Source of the DNA: an uncultured virus (IMG/VR IMGVR_UViG_3300029288_000154)
Taxonomy: Duplodnaviria; Heunggongvirae; Uroviricota; Caudoviricetes
DNA: 64,000 bases
Virus record (IMG/VR): IMGVR_UViG_3300029288_000154
Direction: 5' to 3' (one strand)
The notes below the pieces were generated by a model. The model saw nothing but the letters and a program-made list of their open reading frames with translations, did no database searches and was not told the DNA's origin. This document shows, in pieces, positions 8,304 through 17,389 of this stretch; position 1 is the first letter of the stretch; every line of letters begins with the position of its first letter. Made by a program: the position numbers and the translations under genes.

Positions 8304-8306
8304 AAA

Positions 8307-8798
8307 ATGGTAGAACTATATTTTGCGAAACTAAACGATAGAGCAAAGATTCCAACAAAATCAGATGAGAACGCTGGTTATGATGTTTATGCTAATTTTG
8401 ATGATGATTATATTGTCATTGAATCTCACGAAACAAAAATGATTCCAACTGGTATTGCTTCTGTTATTTCACAAGAATATTATTTCCAATTATTCGAACG
8501 AGGCTCAACCGGAACAAAAGGAATTGGTCAGCGATGTGGAGTTATCGATTCTTCATATCGGGGAGAATGGTTTATTCCAATCACAAACCACAATCCAAAA
8601 TGGTTGGTGATTTTCAAAAAAGAAGTAGAATCAAAATTTAGAGACAACATCTACCTCAAGTATCCGTATGAAAAAGCTCTTTCTCAGGCGGTTCTTCTTC
8701 CAGTTCCAAAAACAATCATCAAAGAAATTTCCGCAGAAGAATTGAAGAACTTTGGAACAAATCGCGGTGCAGGAATGCTTGGAAGTTCTGGTAAGTAA
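8307..8798 (+). CDS. dut: dUTPase (trimeric)
   Basis: AGYD, IPTG, RGS, GVIDSSYRGE, RGAGMLGSSG. Confidence 0.95.
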   Translation: MVELYFAKLNDRAKIPTKSDENAGYDVYANFDDDYIVIESHETKMIPTGIASVISQEYYFQLFERGSTGTKGIGQRCGVIDSSYRGEWFIPITNHNPKWLVIFKKEVESKFRDNIYLKYPYEKALSQAVLLPVPKTIIKEISAEELKNFGTNRGAGMLGSSGK

Positions 8799-8809
8799 GA
8801 AATTTTCAC

Positions 8810-8838
8810 TTGAAACTAAATTTCCCCAAAGATAAAAA
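8810..8838 (+). promoter_or_regulatory. sigma70-type promoter of CCAAAGATAAAA class
   Basis: TTGAAA-17-TAAAAA with the CCAAAGA spacer shared with 44117 and 44498. Confidence 0.5.
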
Positions 8839-8887
8839 TAAAAGAAGAGAAGGCGTGATACCCTTCCTAAATCAAAGGACAATAACA

Positions 8888-9088
8888 ATGGAGTATAAGT
8901 TAATCGCAGATACGAACTCAACAAAGTTTGCTGAACAAATCAACGCCGCAATTGCTGACGGTTTTGAACTTTATGGACAACCTTTCACTCGCGATGGATT
9001 CTATGAAGAGAGAGATAGGGACGGACAGCGCGGAGAATTTAATTATCGTCCTCTGTTTGCTCAGGCTCTTGTTCGTGGAGGTAAGTAA
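8888..9088 (+). CDS. DUF1737-like small protein
   Basis: MEYKLI...INAAIADGFELYGQPF...FAQALVR; AAGGA upstream of ATG 8888. Confidence 0.75.
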   Translation: MEYKLIADTNSTKFAEQINAAIADGFELYGQPFTRDGFYEERDRDGQRGEFNYRPLFAQALVRGGK

Positions 9089-9789
9089 TGGTTGTTACAT
9101 TTAACAAAGAAGTTCTCGCACTGATTGATGAACTAACTTCTATCAATGCTGCTATTAAGATTTACAAGGATGATAACAAGCTTTTCATTAAGTCTCAGAA
9201 TCCTTCAGAGTCTATGGCATACATCTTGACAACCGAAGTTTCTTCGTTTGATTTTGATGGTGAAGAGATTGCGTTCTATAATTATTCTGATTTTTACAAG
9301 TGGATTTCGGCTCTAAATGTTACAGAGATTTCGCAGTCGGCTGATGGAATGCTTCAGCTTGGAAACGGAAAGCAGCGTGGGCAGTATCAGAGTTCAGATG
9401 TTGATATTGTTAAGGGTGGAAATTTCGACATTGAGTTTGAAGACCCGGACGTTACTTTCAATCTTTCTTCGGAAAATCTTAAAGAGATGACCAAGCTGAA
9501 GAATCTGATTGCTAAGGACAATAACAATCTTAAGTTTACGTTTGATGGCCGTGTTGGTCATATTGAGATTTACAACACAGAGACTTCAAATATGGTTGAG
9601 ACAGATATCGATCTTTTGAACACTGTTGATGAAGCATTCTCTATTAGGTTGTCAGATGAATTTCTAACAACTCTTCCAGGAAAGTATTCGTATCGTGTTG
9701 ATGTTAAACGTGAAGGAATTGCGCGTTTTAGTATGAACAACGACCTTGGTGTTGATGTTGAACTTTACATTGCGGAAGTTGAGGAATAA
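9088..9789 (+). CDS. gp45: T4 gp45-like DNA polymerase sliding clamp
   Basis: LTSINAAI, IAFYNYSDF, DVTFNLSSENLKEM, LYIAEVE pattern; size and position upstream of clamp loader. Confidence 0.8.
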   Translation: MVVTFNKEVLALIDELTSINAAIKIYKDDNKLFIKSQNPSESMAYILTTEVSSFDFDGEEIAFYNYSDFYKWISALNVTEISQSADGMLQLGNGKQRGQYQSSDVDIVKGGNFDIEFEDPDVTFNLSSENLKEMTKLKNLIAKDNNNLKFTFDGRVGHIEIYNTETSNMVETDIDLLNTVDEAFSIRLSDEFLTTLPGKYSYRVDVKREGIARFSMNNDLGVDVELYIAEVEE

Positions 9790-10406
9790 TGGAACTAGAA
9801 AATTTAAACAACGAAGAAGAGATTCTACCTACAGAAGAAATTCAATACGAAGCCGACTCGGTTGAGACTGGAACAATTACAACTTCTGATAACTATAAAC
9901 CAGTTAAAGACGAAACTGTTCTCGTAGACCCGACCACTGGAGCCGTAATTGATGTTAAAACTCTTCCTCCGTTTGAACGAATCAAGTTCGTTTCGGAAAG
10001 AATGGGAAAGAAAATCAACGACCCTGATAAGAATTGTAAGAAGTGCTACGGACGAGGTTATGTGAATATTGACGCTAACGATGGTGTTCCGACTCCTTGC
10101 CAGTGTATTTTTCATGATTTTTATGAAGCAAATCCGTACTACAAGAACGTTGAATATCCTTCATTCAATCGTGCCACAAAGCGAGCTTACGAAAGGCAGG
10201 CAAAGAAGAAGCATCTTCCAAATCATGCTCTCGAAAAGCGTCAGAAGCGAATGAACGATTTGATGAAGGATTCTATCAAGAAGATGCTTGCTAAGGAAGC
10301 TTTGGAGAATGCTGAACTTGAAACGGCAGAAACCGAAGTCATTGAACAAGCTCCGTTTGATGGTGTTGAATCCGCAGAGTTTACTCCAATCAAAAGTGAG
10401 GAATAA
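9789..10406 (+). CDS. Acidic protein with CxxC/CxC zinc finger
   Basis: CKKCYGRG...PCQC; strong SD. Confidence 0.7.
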   Translation: MELENLNNEEEILPTEEIQYEADSVETGTITTSDNYKPVKDETVLVDPTTGAVIDVKTLPPFERIKFVSERMGKKINDPDKNCKKCYGRGYVNIDANDGVPTPCQCIFHDFYEANPYYKNVEYPSFNRATKRAYERQAKKKHLPNHALEKRQKRMNDLMKDSIKKMLAKEALENAELETAETEVIEQAPFDGVESAEFTPIKSEE

Positions 10407-11341
10407 TGGCAAATAGAGCTGATTTTACTCTTTGGGTTGAAAAGTATCGTCCACAAAAAATAGACCATGCGATTCTTCCTAACGAATATAAGAAGTTCTT
10501 TAGAAAAATTGTAAAGACAGGAGATATTCCAAATCTCCTTCTTTACTCTTCTTCTCCTGGAACTGGTAAAACAACAATCGCTAAAGCTCTGTGTCTTGAA
10601 GCCGGAGTTGATTATCTTTACATCAATGCTTCAAAAGATACAGGAATTGACACTCTAAGAACAACTATTACGAAATATGCTTCTGGAAAATCACTTTCGG
10701 GAAAAAAGAAAGTTGTGATTCTGGATGAGGTAGACGGTTCTTCAGCAACTTCATTCCAAGCAGCATTGAGAGCGTTCATTGAAGAATTTCACAATAGTTG
10801 CCGATTTATTTTAACCTGTAATTATGTGAACAAAATCATTTCTCCTCTTCGGTCACGTTGTCAGGAATTTGATTTCAATGTAACTACAAAAGAACTACGA
10901 CAAGAATTGGTTCCTAAGATTACACAAAGATTAGAAAAGATATTGGACACCGAAGAAGTCACATATTCTGATGGGGTTGTTGGTAAATTGTCAGATGCGC
11001 TTTTTCCAGACATAAGGAAAATGCTATCGATGCTCCAGCAGTATTCAACTATTTCTGGACATGTTGATGAGAATATTTTCAAGTATGAGTCTGTGGATGA
11101 GGAGTTTTACGAATTTATTCTCAACAAGCAATTCACCAAAGCCCGTCAGTTTGTGATCGATTCTGGATATAATTTAGATGAATTATATACTGCTCTTTAC
11201 AGAAATCTTGTTCCGAGAATGCCGAAAGAAAATCAAGGACAAGCAATTCTTTCAATAGCAGAGTGGCAGTATCGTTCAGCTTTTAGTGCGGATAAAGAAA
11301 TTCCTTTTGCCGCGATGTTATTGGAGATTATTAACTTATGA
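10406..11341 (+). CDS. gp44: T4 gp44-like clamp loader ATPase subunit
   Basis: WVEKYRP, PGTGKTT, DEVD, FILTCN, LRSRC, FPDIRK. Confidence 0.95.
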   Translation: MANRADFTLWVEKYRPQKIDHAILPNEYKKFFRKIVKTGDIPNLLLYSSSPGTGKTTIAKALCLEAGVDYLYINASKDTGIDTLRTTITKYASGKSLSGKKKVVILDEVDGSSATSFQAALRAFIEEFHNSCRFILTCNYVNKIISPLRSRCQEFDFNVTTKELRQELVPKITQRLEKILDTEEVTYSDGVVGKLSDALFPDIRKMLSMLQQYSTISGHVDENIFKYESVDEEFYEFILNKQFTKARQFVIDSGYNLDELYTALYRNLVPRMPKENQGQAILSIAEWQYRSAFSADKEIPFAAMLLEIINL

Positions 11342-11583
11342 ACAAAACAGATGAATTTAATATGGGGCGAAAAAGGCTTATCGAAATAGAAATGGTGGAT
11401 GGTAGTGTCAAAAAAATACAATTATCTAAATCAACGTCTTATGATACGGATTTGGTAACAGGCGATGCTATGTATATTGAACCCAATAAAGATGGGACAT
11501 ATAGATTGAGTCACGGGTCCAAGATGTTTCAATCCTTAGATGATATTGTTTCGATAAAGATTATTAGAGAAGATTTCAAATGA
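11338..11583 (+). CDS. Hypothetical protein
   Basis: Coupled ORF with SD. Confidence 0.65.
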   Translation: MNKTDEFNMGRKRLIEIEMVDGSVKKIQLSKSTSYDTDLVTGDAMYIEPNKDGTYRLSHGSKMFQSLDDIVSIKIIREDFK

Positions 11584-11849
11584 CTCCAAACGAATTTCAC
11601 ATCCAAAACAAAAACGGAATTTATCTTTTTGCCTCGGTTCATTGTGGAAAATGTTCAGAACAAAAAGAAAAGATGAAAAATGTAAAACATGTTGTTGTTG
11701 AATGTGATATTGACCCCGAATTTCTTTATAAAACATACAGAGTTGATTTAATTCCGTGTGTTAGAGTTTATAAAGATAACTTGGTTGTTTATGAGAAGTT
11801 GTTAGTTATGAATGACAAAGAATTGGAACATCTGAAGACCTATGAATGA
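11580..11849 (+). CDS. Thioredoxin-like protein
   Basis: FASVHCGKC and cis-Pro region LIPCV. Confidence 0.7.
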   Translation: MTPNEFHIQNKNGIYLFASVHCGKCSEQKEKMKNVKHVVVECDIDPEFLYKTYRVDLIPCVRVYKDNLVVYEKLLVMNDKELEHLKTYE

Positions 11850-12081
11850 AATCGTTGTTTTCTATTCAAACAAATGCCACACTTGTCAGGACCACATAAA
11901 GGAACTTGACAAGAAGTGGAAGAGTGAGAAAATTTGTGTTGATGATTTCCCGGAATTATATGAAGAATATCATTTGAATGTAACACCAACAACAATTGTG
12001 AAAAAGCTGGATTTTGAAATTTGGAGATGTGAAGGAATGATGTTTGATAAGCAATACGAAGAAATGAGAAGGTTTTTGTGA
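11842..12081 (+). CDS. Thioredoxin-like protein
   Basis: FYSNKCHTC and VTPTTIV. Confidence 0.75.
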   Translation: MNEIVVFYSNKCHTCQDHIKELDKKWKSEKICVDDFPELYEEYHLNVTPTTIVKKLDFEIWRCEGMMFDKQYEEMRRFL

Positions 12082-12644
12082 ATTGTTACATAACAATCAT
12101 AGGACCAAGGGATAAAAAGAAAGAATATCCTAATTCAATCGTAATAAACACAACATCGTGTTCGTCTGATTTTGGAAAAGGGTTATCTCCATTCTATCTT
12201 GGACCGTGTAATCTTTACGACGGTTGGATTTCAAAAACTGTAGAAAATGCTTGGCAATATTCGAAAGTTTATGAGAAACACGCAACTGACGGAGAACCAA
12301 ACGACGGATATTGGAATTGGGCCTATTCTGGTTGGAATTCATCAAAAGGCGAAAGATATCCCATGGGGAAAGGTGCGAAACCATTATACTCTCTTTGGAA
12401 TGGTGAAAAATTAAATTATATTGAAGCACGTAGGAAGATTTATATTCCGGTTTATTCTGAAGCAGCAAGAAAATCAGAAGCATACAAACAATTAAAAGAT
12501 TTATATGACAGTGGAGAGAATTTGGTTATGTGGGATTTTGATGGATACGAAACTAATTTAGAAATGGAAGAGATAATAAACAATACAAAACATTCAATGG
12601 GACATGCGTTTGTTCTTAAGTGGATGTTGGAGGGTAAGATATGA
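12078..12644 (+). CDS. Conserved viral protein (DUF6939/NADAR-like, tentative)
   Basis: LSPFYLGP, VENAWQYSKVY, ARRKIYIPVY, GHAFVL. Confidence 0.5.
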   Translation: MNCYITIIGPRDKKKEYPNSIVINTTSCSSDFGKGLSPFYLGPCNLYDGWISKTVENAWQYSKVYEKHATDGEPNDGYWNWAYSGWNSSKGERYPMGKGAKPLYSLWNGEKLNYIEARRKIYIPVYSEAARKSEAYKQLKDLYDSGENLVMWDFDGYETNLEMEEIINNTKHSMGHAFVLKWMLEGKI

Positions 12645-13234
12645 GCGATGGATTTTTATATGGGTTAACGGGTTGGATGTTAGGAACTATGAATCATCAC
12701 GGAACACACAACACTATTATAAAAGAAGTTCCAACAGAATCATGGGAAACCAGACAAAATAAGAAAAAAGAAAATGACCTGAAAGCAGAAGAAATTTATC
12801 TTACAAAAGTTAAGATGTTTATCGATTCTATTGACGTGAATTGTAACAAAGACGATTTGGAACTTCCTATATATGATGTATTAGAAGAATCAAAATATGT
12901 GAGTGTGTTTTTTGAGGAATCCGAGAAACAAAATAAAATTACCCCTTTCGAAGGCCGCTGGTCGGAAGAAAAGCATCAAGGTTTTTATATGTTTTTGAAA
13001 AATAAAAATATCAAAACATACGACGACGAAATGATGATAAAAGCGTATGAGCAATATAGGGGATGGATAAAGCATTTCGGAAAAGTTGTTGGTAAGACTA
13101 ATGATAGATATGATTATTGTATGTATCTAAAACTTGGCCCGTCGTATCAAGCAAAATATATAAGCCAAGAAGAATTACTTAAGATTATATCGGAGAATAA
13201 ATATGGATATTCTAAACATTTGATGGGAGTGTGA
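12641..13234 (+). CDS. Hypothetical protein
   Basis: 197 aa coupled ORF, Gly-rich hydrophobic N-terminus. Confidence 0.6.
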   Translation: MSDGFLYGLTGWMLGTMNHHGTHNTIIKEVPTESWETRQNKKKENDLKAEEIYLTKVKMFIDSIDVNCNKDDLELPIYDVLEESKYVSVFFEESEKQNKITPFEGRWSEEKHQGFYMFLKNKNIKTYDDEMMIKAYEQYRGWIKHFGKVVGKTNDRYDYCMYLKLGPSYQAKYISQEELLKIISENKYGYSKHLMGV

Positions 13235-13241
13235 AACGTAA

Positions 13242-13610
13242 ATGAACCTCTCTTGCGCATACGGAATTCCTGCTTCTGGAAAAACAACATTTCTTAAAAC
13301 TTTACCAGGAGAATATTACGATTATGATTCTCCCGACAAAAGAAAGAAAGTAAAACAATTCATTGAATCTCTTTCAAATGGTGAATATGTAATTGATTTT
13401 CTTTTGAAGCAACCAAATGATTTCGTAGAGTTTTTCTTTTCAAAGTTTCAGAATTCTAATCTAACAATTTATTATTTTGTTCCTAATAGAGAAGAATCAG
13501 AACTAAGAGATAAAAATAGAAGAGAAAAATCATCATTAGATTTGATTAAAAATATGACACTGGAAGAAATAAAAGAACACAAAAACTTAACAATAAAGGT
13601 AATATCATGA
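13242..13610 (+). CDS. P-loop kinase (polynucleotide-kinase/AAA_33-like)
   Basis: GIPASGKTT Walker A; R..R lid (LRDKNRR). Confidence 0.65.
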   Translation: MNLSCAYGIPASGKTTFLKTLPGEYYDYDSPDKRKKVKQFIESLSNGEYVIDFLLKQPNDFVEFFFSKFQNSNLTIYYFVPNREESELRDKNRREKSSLDLIKNMTLEEIKEHKNLTIKVIS

Positions 13611-13996
13611 GTTATTGGAGAAGCACAGATGCGGAAAGCGACATCGTTGGACAGACAATCAAAAATATAATTGTTAACAAAGAAGATAACGAATTACTTT
13701 TTAGAATGGCAGATGGTTCGGAATACAAGATGTATCATGACCAAGATTGCTGCGAATCAGTTACTATTGATTGGCCAGAATGTAGTGATTTGAATGAATT
13801 GATTGGTAAGAAGATTGTTGGTTTTAAGGAAACATCTGATAATGAATCAAGCGGTTATAGAGGCGATGATTCTTCTACAGTAACTAAATATAGGTTTGAA
13901 ACCGATTCGGGAATTTATAACATTGTTTGGTTTGGATGTTCAAATGGTTATTATTCCGAGTCACCAAGCTTTTATAAGACGAAAGGGATAGAATGA
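13607..13996 (+). CDS. Conserved phage protein (DUF7448-like)
   Basis: MYHDQDCCESV and WFGCSNGYYSE. Confidence 0.7.
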   Translation: MSYWRSTDAESDIVGQTIKNIIVNKEDNELLFRMADGSEYKMYHDQDCCESVTIDWPECSDLNELIGKKIVGFKETSDNESSGYRGDDSSTVTKYRFETDSGIYNIVWFGCSNGYYSESPSFYKTKGIE

Positions 13997-14226
13997 TTAA
14001 AGAAAAACAAATATTGGTAACTAAATATGAAACAGAAGATGGCCGTTTATTTGATACTCTCAAAGCCGCAGAACATCACGAAAAACTTCAAACAGGTCAG
14101 AGAAAAAAATGTCCAATGTGTGATGGCTCGGGTGAAGTAGATGCTTATGGAGATGGGCGAGTATTCTCAAGATGTCAAAAATGTGGTGGTAAGGGTTGGC
14201 TTGAATTAAAAGGAATGTGGGTATAG
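13993..14226 (+). CDS. DnaJ-type CxxCxGxG zinc-finger protein
   Basis: CPMCDGSG...CQKCGGKG. Confidence 0.7.
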   Translation: MIKEKQILVTKYETEDGRLFDTLKAAEHHEKLQTGQRKKCPMCDGSGEVDAYGDGRVFSRCQKCGGKGWLELKGMWV

Positions 14227-14227
14227 A

Positions 14228-14635
14228 ATGATTACTTGGATTAAGAAGTTAATAGAACGGGGGGCTGATGACCCAATTAACGAATATGAAAAACAGATAA
14301 CCGAGCAAGCAAGAATATCTGAAAGAAGTAAAAAGATAGATGACTTAATAGAGCAAAAGACAAAAGAATTAAACGATTTAATAGAACATGATGAGAAATT
14401 TGAAATTGGTGATTATGTGAAATATACAAAAATACCAAATGATTTGAAATTGGGAGTCGTATCATATTCGCCAAGAAGTATGTGTTTGGGGCGATATTCT
14501 GATTCGGACGGCGATTTCCCGGATGTTTATTTATACGAACCAGTGATTGCTGCTCAGTATATCTACAACGGAGAAATTAAACAAATAAAAGATGCCGCCA
14601 AATGGTTTGTTAAAGTAGAAAAGGAAGAAAAATGA
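14228..14635 (+). CDS. Hypothetical protein
   Basis: 135 aa coupled ORF. Confidence 0.6.
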   Translation: MITWIKKLIERGADDPINEYEKQITEQARISERSKKIDDLIEQKTKELNDLIEHDEKFEIGDYVKYTKIPNDLKLGVVSYSPRSMCLGRYSDSDGDFPDVYLYEPVIAAQYIYNGEIKQIKDAAKWFVKVEKEEK

Positions 14636-15357
14636 TAAATTTCGTATTAGCGCGATATGATAATGATGGATTTGAAGAGTTCTTTAACAAATCATCTTTT
14701 AAGCAGAATCATACAATCGTTCATATTTCAAACGACCATATGATTCAGAACAATCTTCCTAACAGTATCTTTGAAAAGTATAATCTTGGACGCGGATATT
14801 ACATTGAAAAAGGATTAGCTGATAATGACATTGTTGTCTTTTGTCATGCTGATGTAAAAATATTAGACGAAGCGTTTGAAGAGAAACTTGAATATGCTTT
14901 CTCTCGTTTGAATGTAGACATCGCGGGAGTGATTGGAGCAACCGAAATCCACGAAACCGCAGGATGGTGGTTGTCTGACAATTCTCTTCATCGCGGCCAT
15001 TTGATTCAGTGGAAGAACTCAGAAGAGAAATATCACATGGTTAGAACCATCGGCAACTTTCCAAAGATGACAGTTGTTGATGGACTGTTTATGGCTGTTC
15101 GTGGTTCTCTTCTTAAAAAGTTAGCATTTGATTCTGCATCGTATCCATTCTCTTATGACTTCTATGACTATGATTATTGTCTAGAAGCAAAGTCTTTGGG
15201 GTCGGATGTTGTCGTTCTTGATATTTTAGTTGAACACAAGTCAAATGGTTCAGGAATCTTCAAAGAATCTTGGGAGTCAAATAAAAAGTTATTCCTTGAC
15301 AAGTGGAAAAATAAGGGATTTTCTTTCCCAATTAGACACGAAAGCTTCGGTAAATAA
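14632..15357 (+). CDS. GT-A fold glycosyltransferase-like protein
   Basis: SIFEKYNLG, FCHADV (DxD-like), GVIG, VDGLFMA, DFYDYDYC, VEHKSNG. Confidence 0.8.
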   Translation: MINFVLARYDNDGFEEFFNKSSFKQNHTIVHISNDHMIQNNLPNSIFEKYNLGRGYYIEKGLADNDIVVFCHADVKILDEAFEEKLEYAFSRLNVDIAGVIGATEIHETAGWWLSDNSLHRGHLIQWKNSEEKYHMVRTIGNFPKMTVVDGLFMAVRGSLLKKLAFDSASYPFSYDFYDYDYCLEAKSLGSDVVVLDILVEHKSNGSGIFKESWESNKKLFLDKWKNKGFSFPIRHESFGK

Positions 15358-15373
15358 AGGCTTTTTACTCCGA

Positions 15374-15379
15374 TAAATA
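15374..15379 (+). promoter_or_regulatory. T4-like late promoter within inverted repeat
   Basis: GATAAATA inside CTCCGATAA...TTATCGGAG. Confidence 0.45.
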
Positions 15380-15407
15380 ATTAAAGAATTATCGGAGATT
15401 TTTAATT

Positions 15408-16238
15408 TTGTTAACTTTAATTTCGTCCTTATTGGCAAGCCCTAATTTTTATTCGTTCATTATTTTGCCAACATTTGCGTTTGTTTTAGTTTTAATTTTG
15501 TGGATGATTTCGTTATTGTCTGGAAAAGAAATGAATCTAAGTCTTGGACCATTGAAACTATCTCTTCCTGGTAGAAAAAAGGAAAAGGAAATAAAGACAA
15601 AAGAACAATCTCCTGTAAAAACGGCGAATCAGACTTTGTTAATAGCAAGATTACAAAGTTTTATTGTAGAGAAGCAGAAATTGATTTTTAGAACTCATGT
15701 GGAAAATACCGAAAGACAGATGAATTTCTTTGATGAAAAACTTGTTGAAATTCGTTCTTTATACATTGAAGAATATGCGAGATTGTTAGAGAAGAAAACA
15801 GAGAGTCATATTGATGTAAGGAATCACCAAGAGTTCAGAAATTACCGAATGATGGTTGATTTGATGTTAGAAGATATAAAAACAAAAACTTACAAGAAAT
15901 CAATCAAACAGAATCACTTAGCTGACATTACGATGGAACTTTGGGAATCGTTTGTTGAGCAAAAAGTTAATGTTACTCTAGCGATGATTAAAGATTATTT
16001 TGACAATAACTATCCAGATGATATGACAATTACCCGCCGGGAAATTGATGAAGCAAACGAAAGAGTTTTTGATAAATGTCGGTCGTTGTTTACATTATCT
16101 TACAGGAGAGCCAGAGAGATTGCTATCGAAACGCGAACAAAAATCAAATACATTGAGGATGAGATAGAGAGAGAAGTTAGAGAAGAGAATATTCATTTGT
16201 CTCGCATAGATTCCAATGAATTAGAAAGTTTGTCGTGA
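15408..16238 (+). CDS. N-terminally membrane-anchored helical protein
   Basis: Hydrophobic FIILPTFAFVLVLILWMISLL then charged helical region. Confidence 0.65.
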   Translation: MLTLISSLLASPNFYSFIILPTFAFVLVLILWMISLLSGKEMNLSLGPLKLSLPGRKKEKEIKTKEQSPVKTANQTLLIARLQSFIVEKQKLIFRTHVENTERQMNFFDEKLVEIRSLYIEEYARLLEKKTESHIDVRNHQEFRNYRMMVDLMLEDIKTKTYKKSIKQNHLADITMELWESFVEQKVNVTLAMIKDYFDNNYPDDMTITRREIDEANERVFDKCRSLFTLSYRRAREIAIETRTKIKYIEDEIEREVREENIHLSRIDSNELESLS

Positions 16239-16471
16239 AATTAAAAATGTTTATTAGAAATGGTGTTGTTGATATGTTTAGAGTTGTTACAAGGGCAACC
16301 TTATCTTCAAACATAATAAAAACTACAATTCATAGATTTTATACGTGCGGAAAGTTAACAGGACAATATTCCCCGGACAGACTTAAGAAAAATGCGAGAT
16401 TGGTTACAAAAGGTGTGAAGATTTTTATTGAAAATGGGCAGTGGAAGATAAGACAAGAAAGGTTTATGTAA
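16235..16471 (+). CDS. Small MKI-family protein
   Basis: GTG start, KLKMFI...PDRLKK. Confidence 0.5.
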   Translation: MKLKMFIRNGVVDMFRVVTRATLSSNIIKTTIHRFYTCGKLTGQYSPDRLKKNARLVTKGVKIFIENGQWKIRQERFM

Positions 16472-16860
16472 TGGCATTAGGTTTATTTGACCATTGGAAG
16501 AATTTAACAACCAATAAAGTTCGTTTGGACTCAGAAGCTAAAGATGATGTGAGTTCATATTCACCTTACATGACAAATCGGTTAGCTTCAATGATAAACA
16601 TTTATTTACCACTAGCAGCAGAAATATGTAGATATGACGTTCCTAAAGATGTTCATTATAATTTTTGGTTCATTTCTCTTCCAAAAAGATTCATAAAATT
16701 CACATATCTTAAGAAATCAAAAGATGATGATTCGGTGGAAGATGCTGAAAAGATTCAGAAATATTTTGAATCGGGTAGTAGAGACACAGCGTTGATTATG
16801 AAAATGCTTAGTAAAGAAGAGAAGAAACAAATTGTTAAAAAGTTTGGGGGAAGAAAATGA
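16471..16860 (+). CDS. gp62: T4 gp62-like clamp loader small subunit
   Basis: LFDHWKNL, YSPYMTNRLAS, HYNF...LPKRF, IQKYF; start re-called to ATG 16471. Confidence 0.8.
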   Translation: MALGLFDHWKNLTTNKVRLDSEAKDDVSSYSPYMTNRLASMINIYLPLAAEICRYDVPKDVHYNFWFISLPKRFIKFTYLKKSKDDDSVEDAEKIQKYFESGSRDTALIMKMLSKEEKKQIVKKFGGRK

Positions 16861-17372
16861 AAGTTTATCCAAGAGATTATTTCGTCCCAGTTGTTGTTAA
16901 GAATAGAGATTATTTGGTTGGTTTTCTTAATTCATTAAACAACTTCTCCCTCGGTTCGTCTAAGTTTGATTTCGTATTAAACGAAAGCTCTGTCAAATTT
17001 AATGACATTCTTCCGGGTGGGGTTCGTCGTAGAGAAATTGATTTAGAGCAGCAAATAAATTTAATGATTGATTATAGACTAAAAATGTCGGTTGTTGAGG
17101 ATGTTGAAAGTATTGTTGATTCCGAAGAAGACGACAAATATCTGGAATTAAATTGTGAATGTGGAAATTATGTTTCGTTTGATTCGGCAACAGATATTCC
17201 AACACACTCTTATAAATGTGATATCTGTGGAAAAGTTTTAATTGATTACACAAACACTAACGATGAAGATTTTATTTATGATGGTGATTTAGAAAACCAC
17301 ATTGATTTTACAGATGTTTTGGAAATGTTAATTGGGGACGATGATGAAGACGAATCGTCTGAAGAAGAATAA
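16857..17372 (+). CDS. Acidic zinc-ribbon protein
   Basis: CECG...CDICG, acidic tail. Confidence 0.65.
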   Translation: MKVYPRDYFVPVVVKNRDYLVGFLNSLNNFSLGSSKFDFVLNESSVKFNDILPGGVRRREIDLEQQINLMIDYRLKMSVVEDVESIVDSEEDDKYLELNCECGNYVSFDSATDIPTHSYKCDICGKVLIDYTNTNDEDFIYDGDLENHIDFTDVLEMLIGDDDEDESSEEE

Positions 17373-17378
17373 CTAACA

Positions 17379-17384
17379 TAAATA
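17379..17384 (+). promoter_or_regulatory. T4-like late promoter
   Basis: CATAAATA-GTTCT-ATG. Confidence 0.7.
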
Positions 17385-17389
17385 GTTCT

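Noticed and set aside
8810..8887. N-terminal extension of the DUF1737 ORF (and similar extensions at 2245, 47352, 58501)
   Set aside because: They run through promoters or upstream genes; better SD-linked or coupled starts lie downstream
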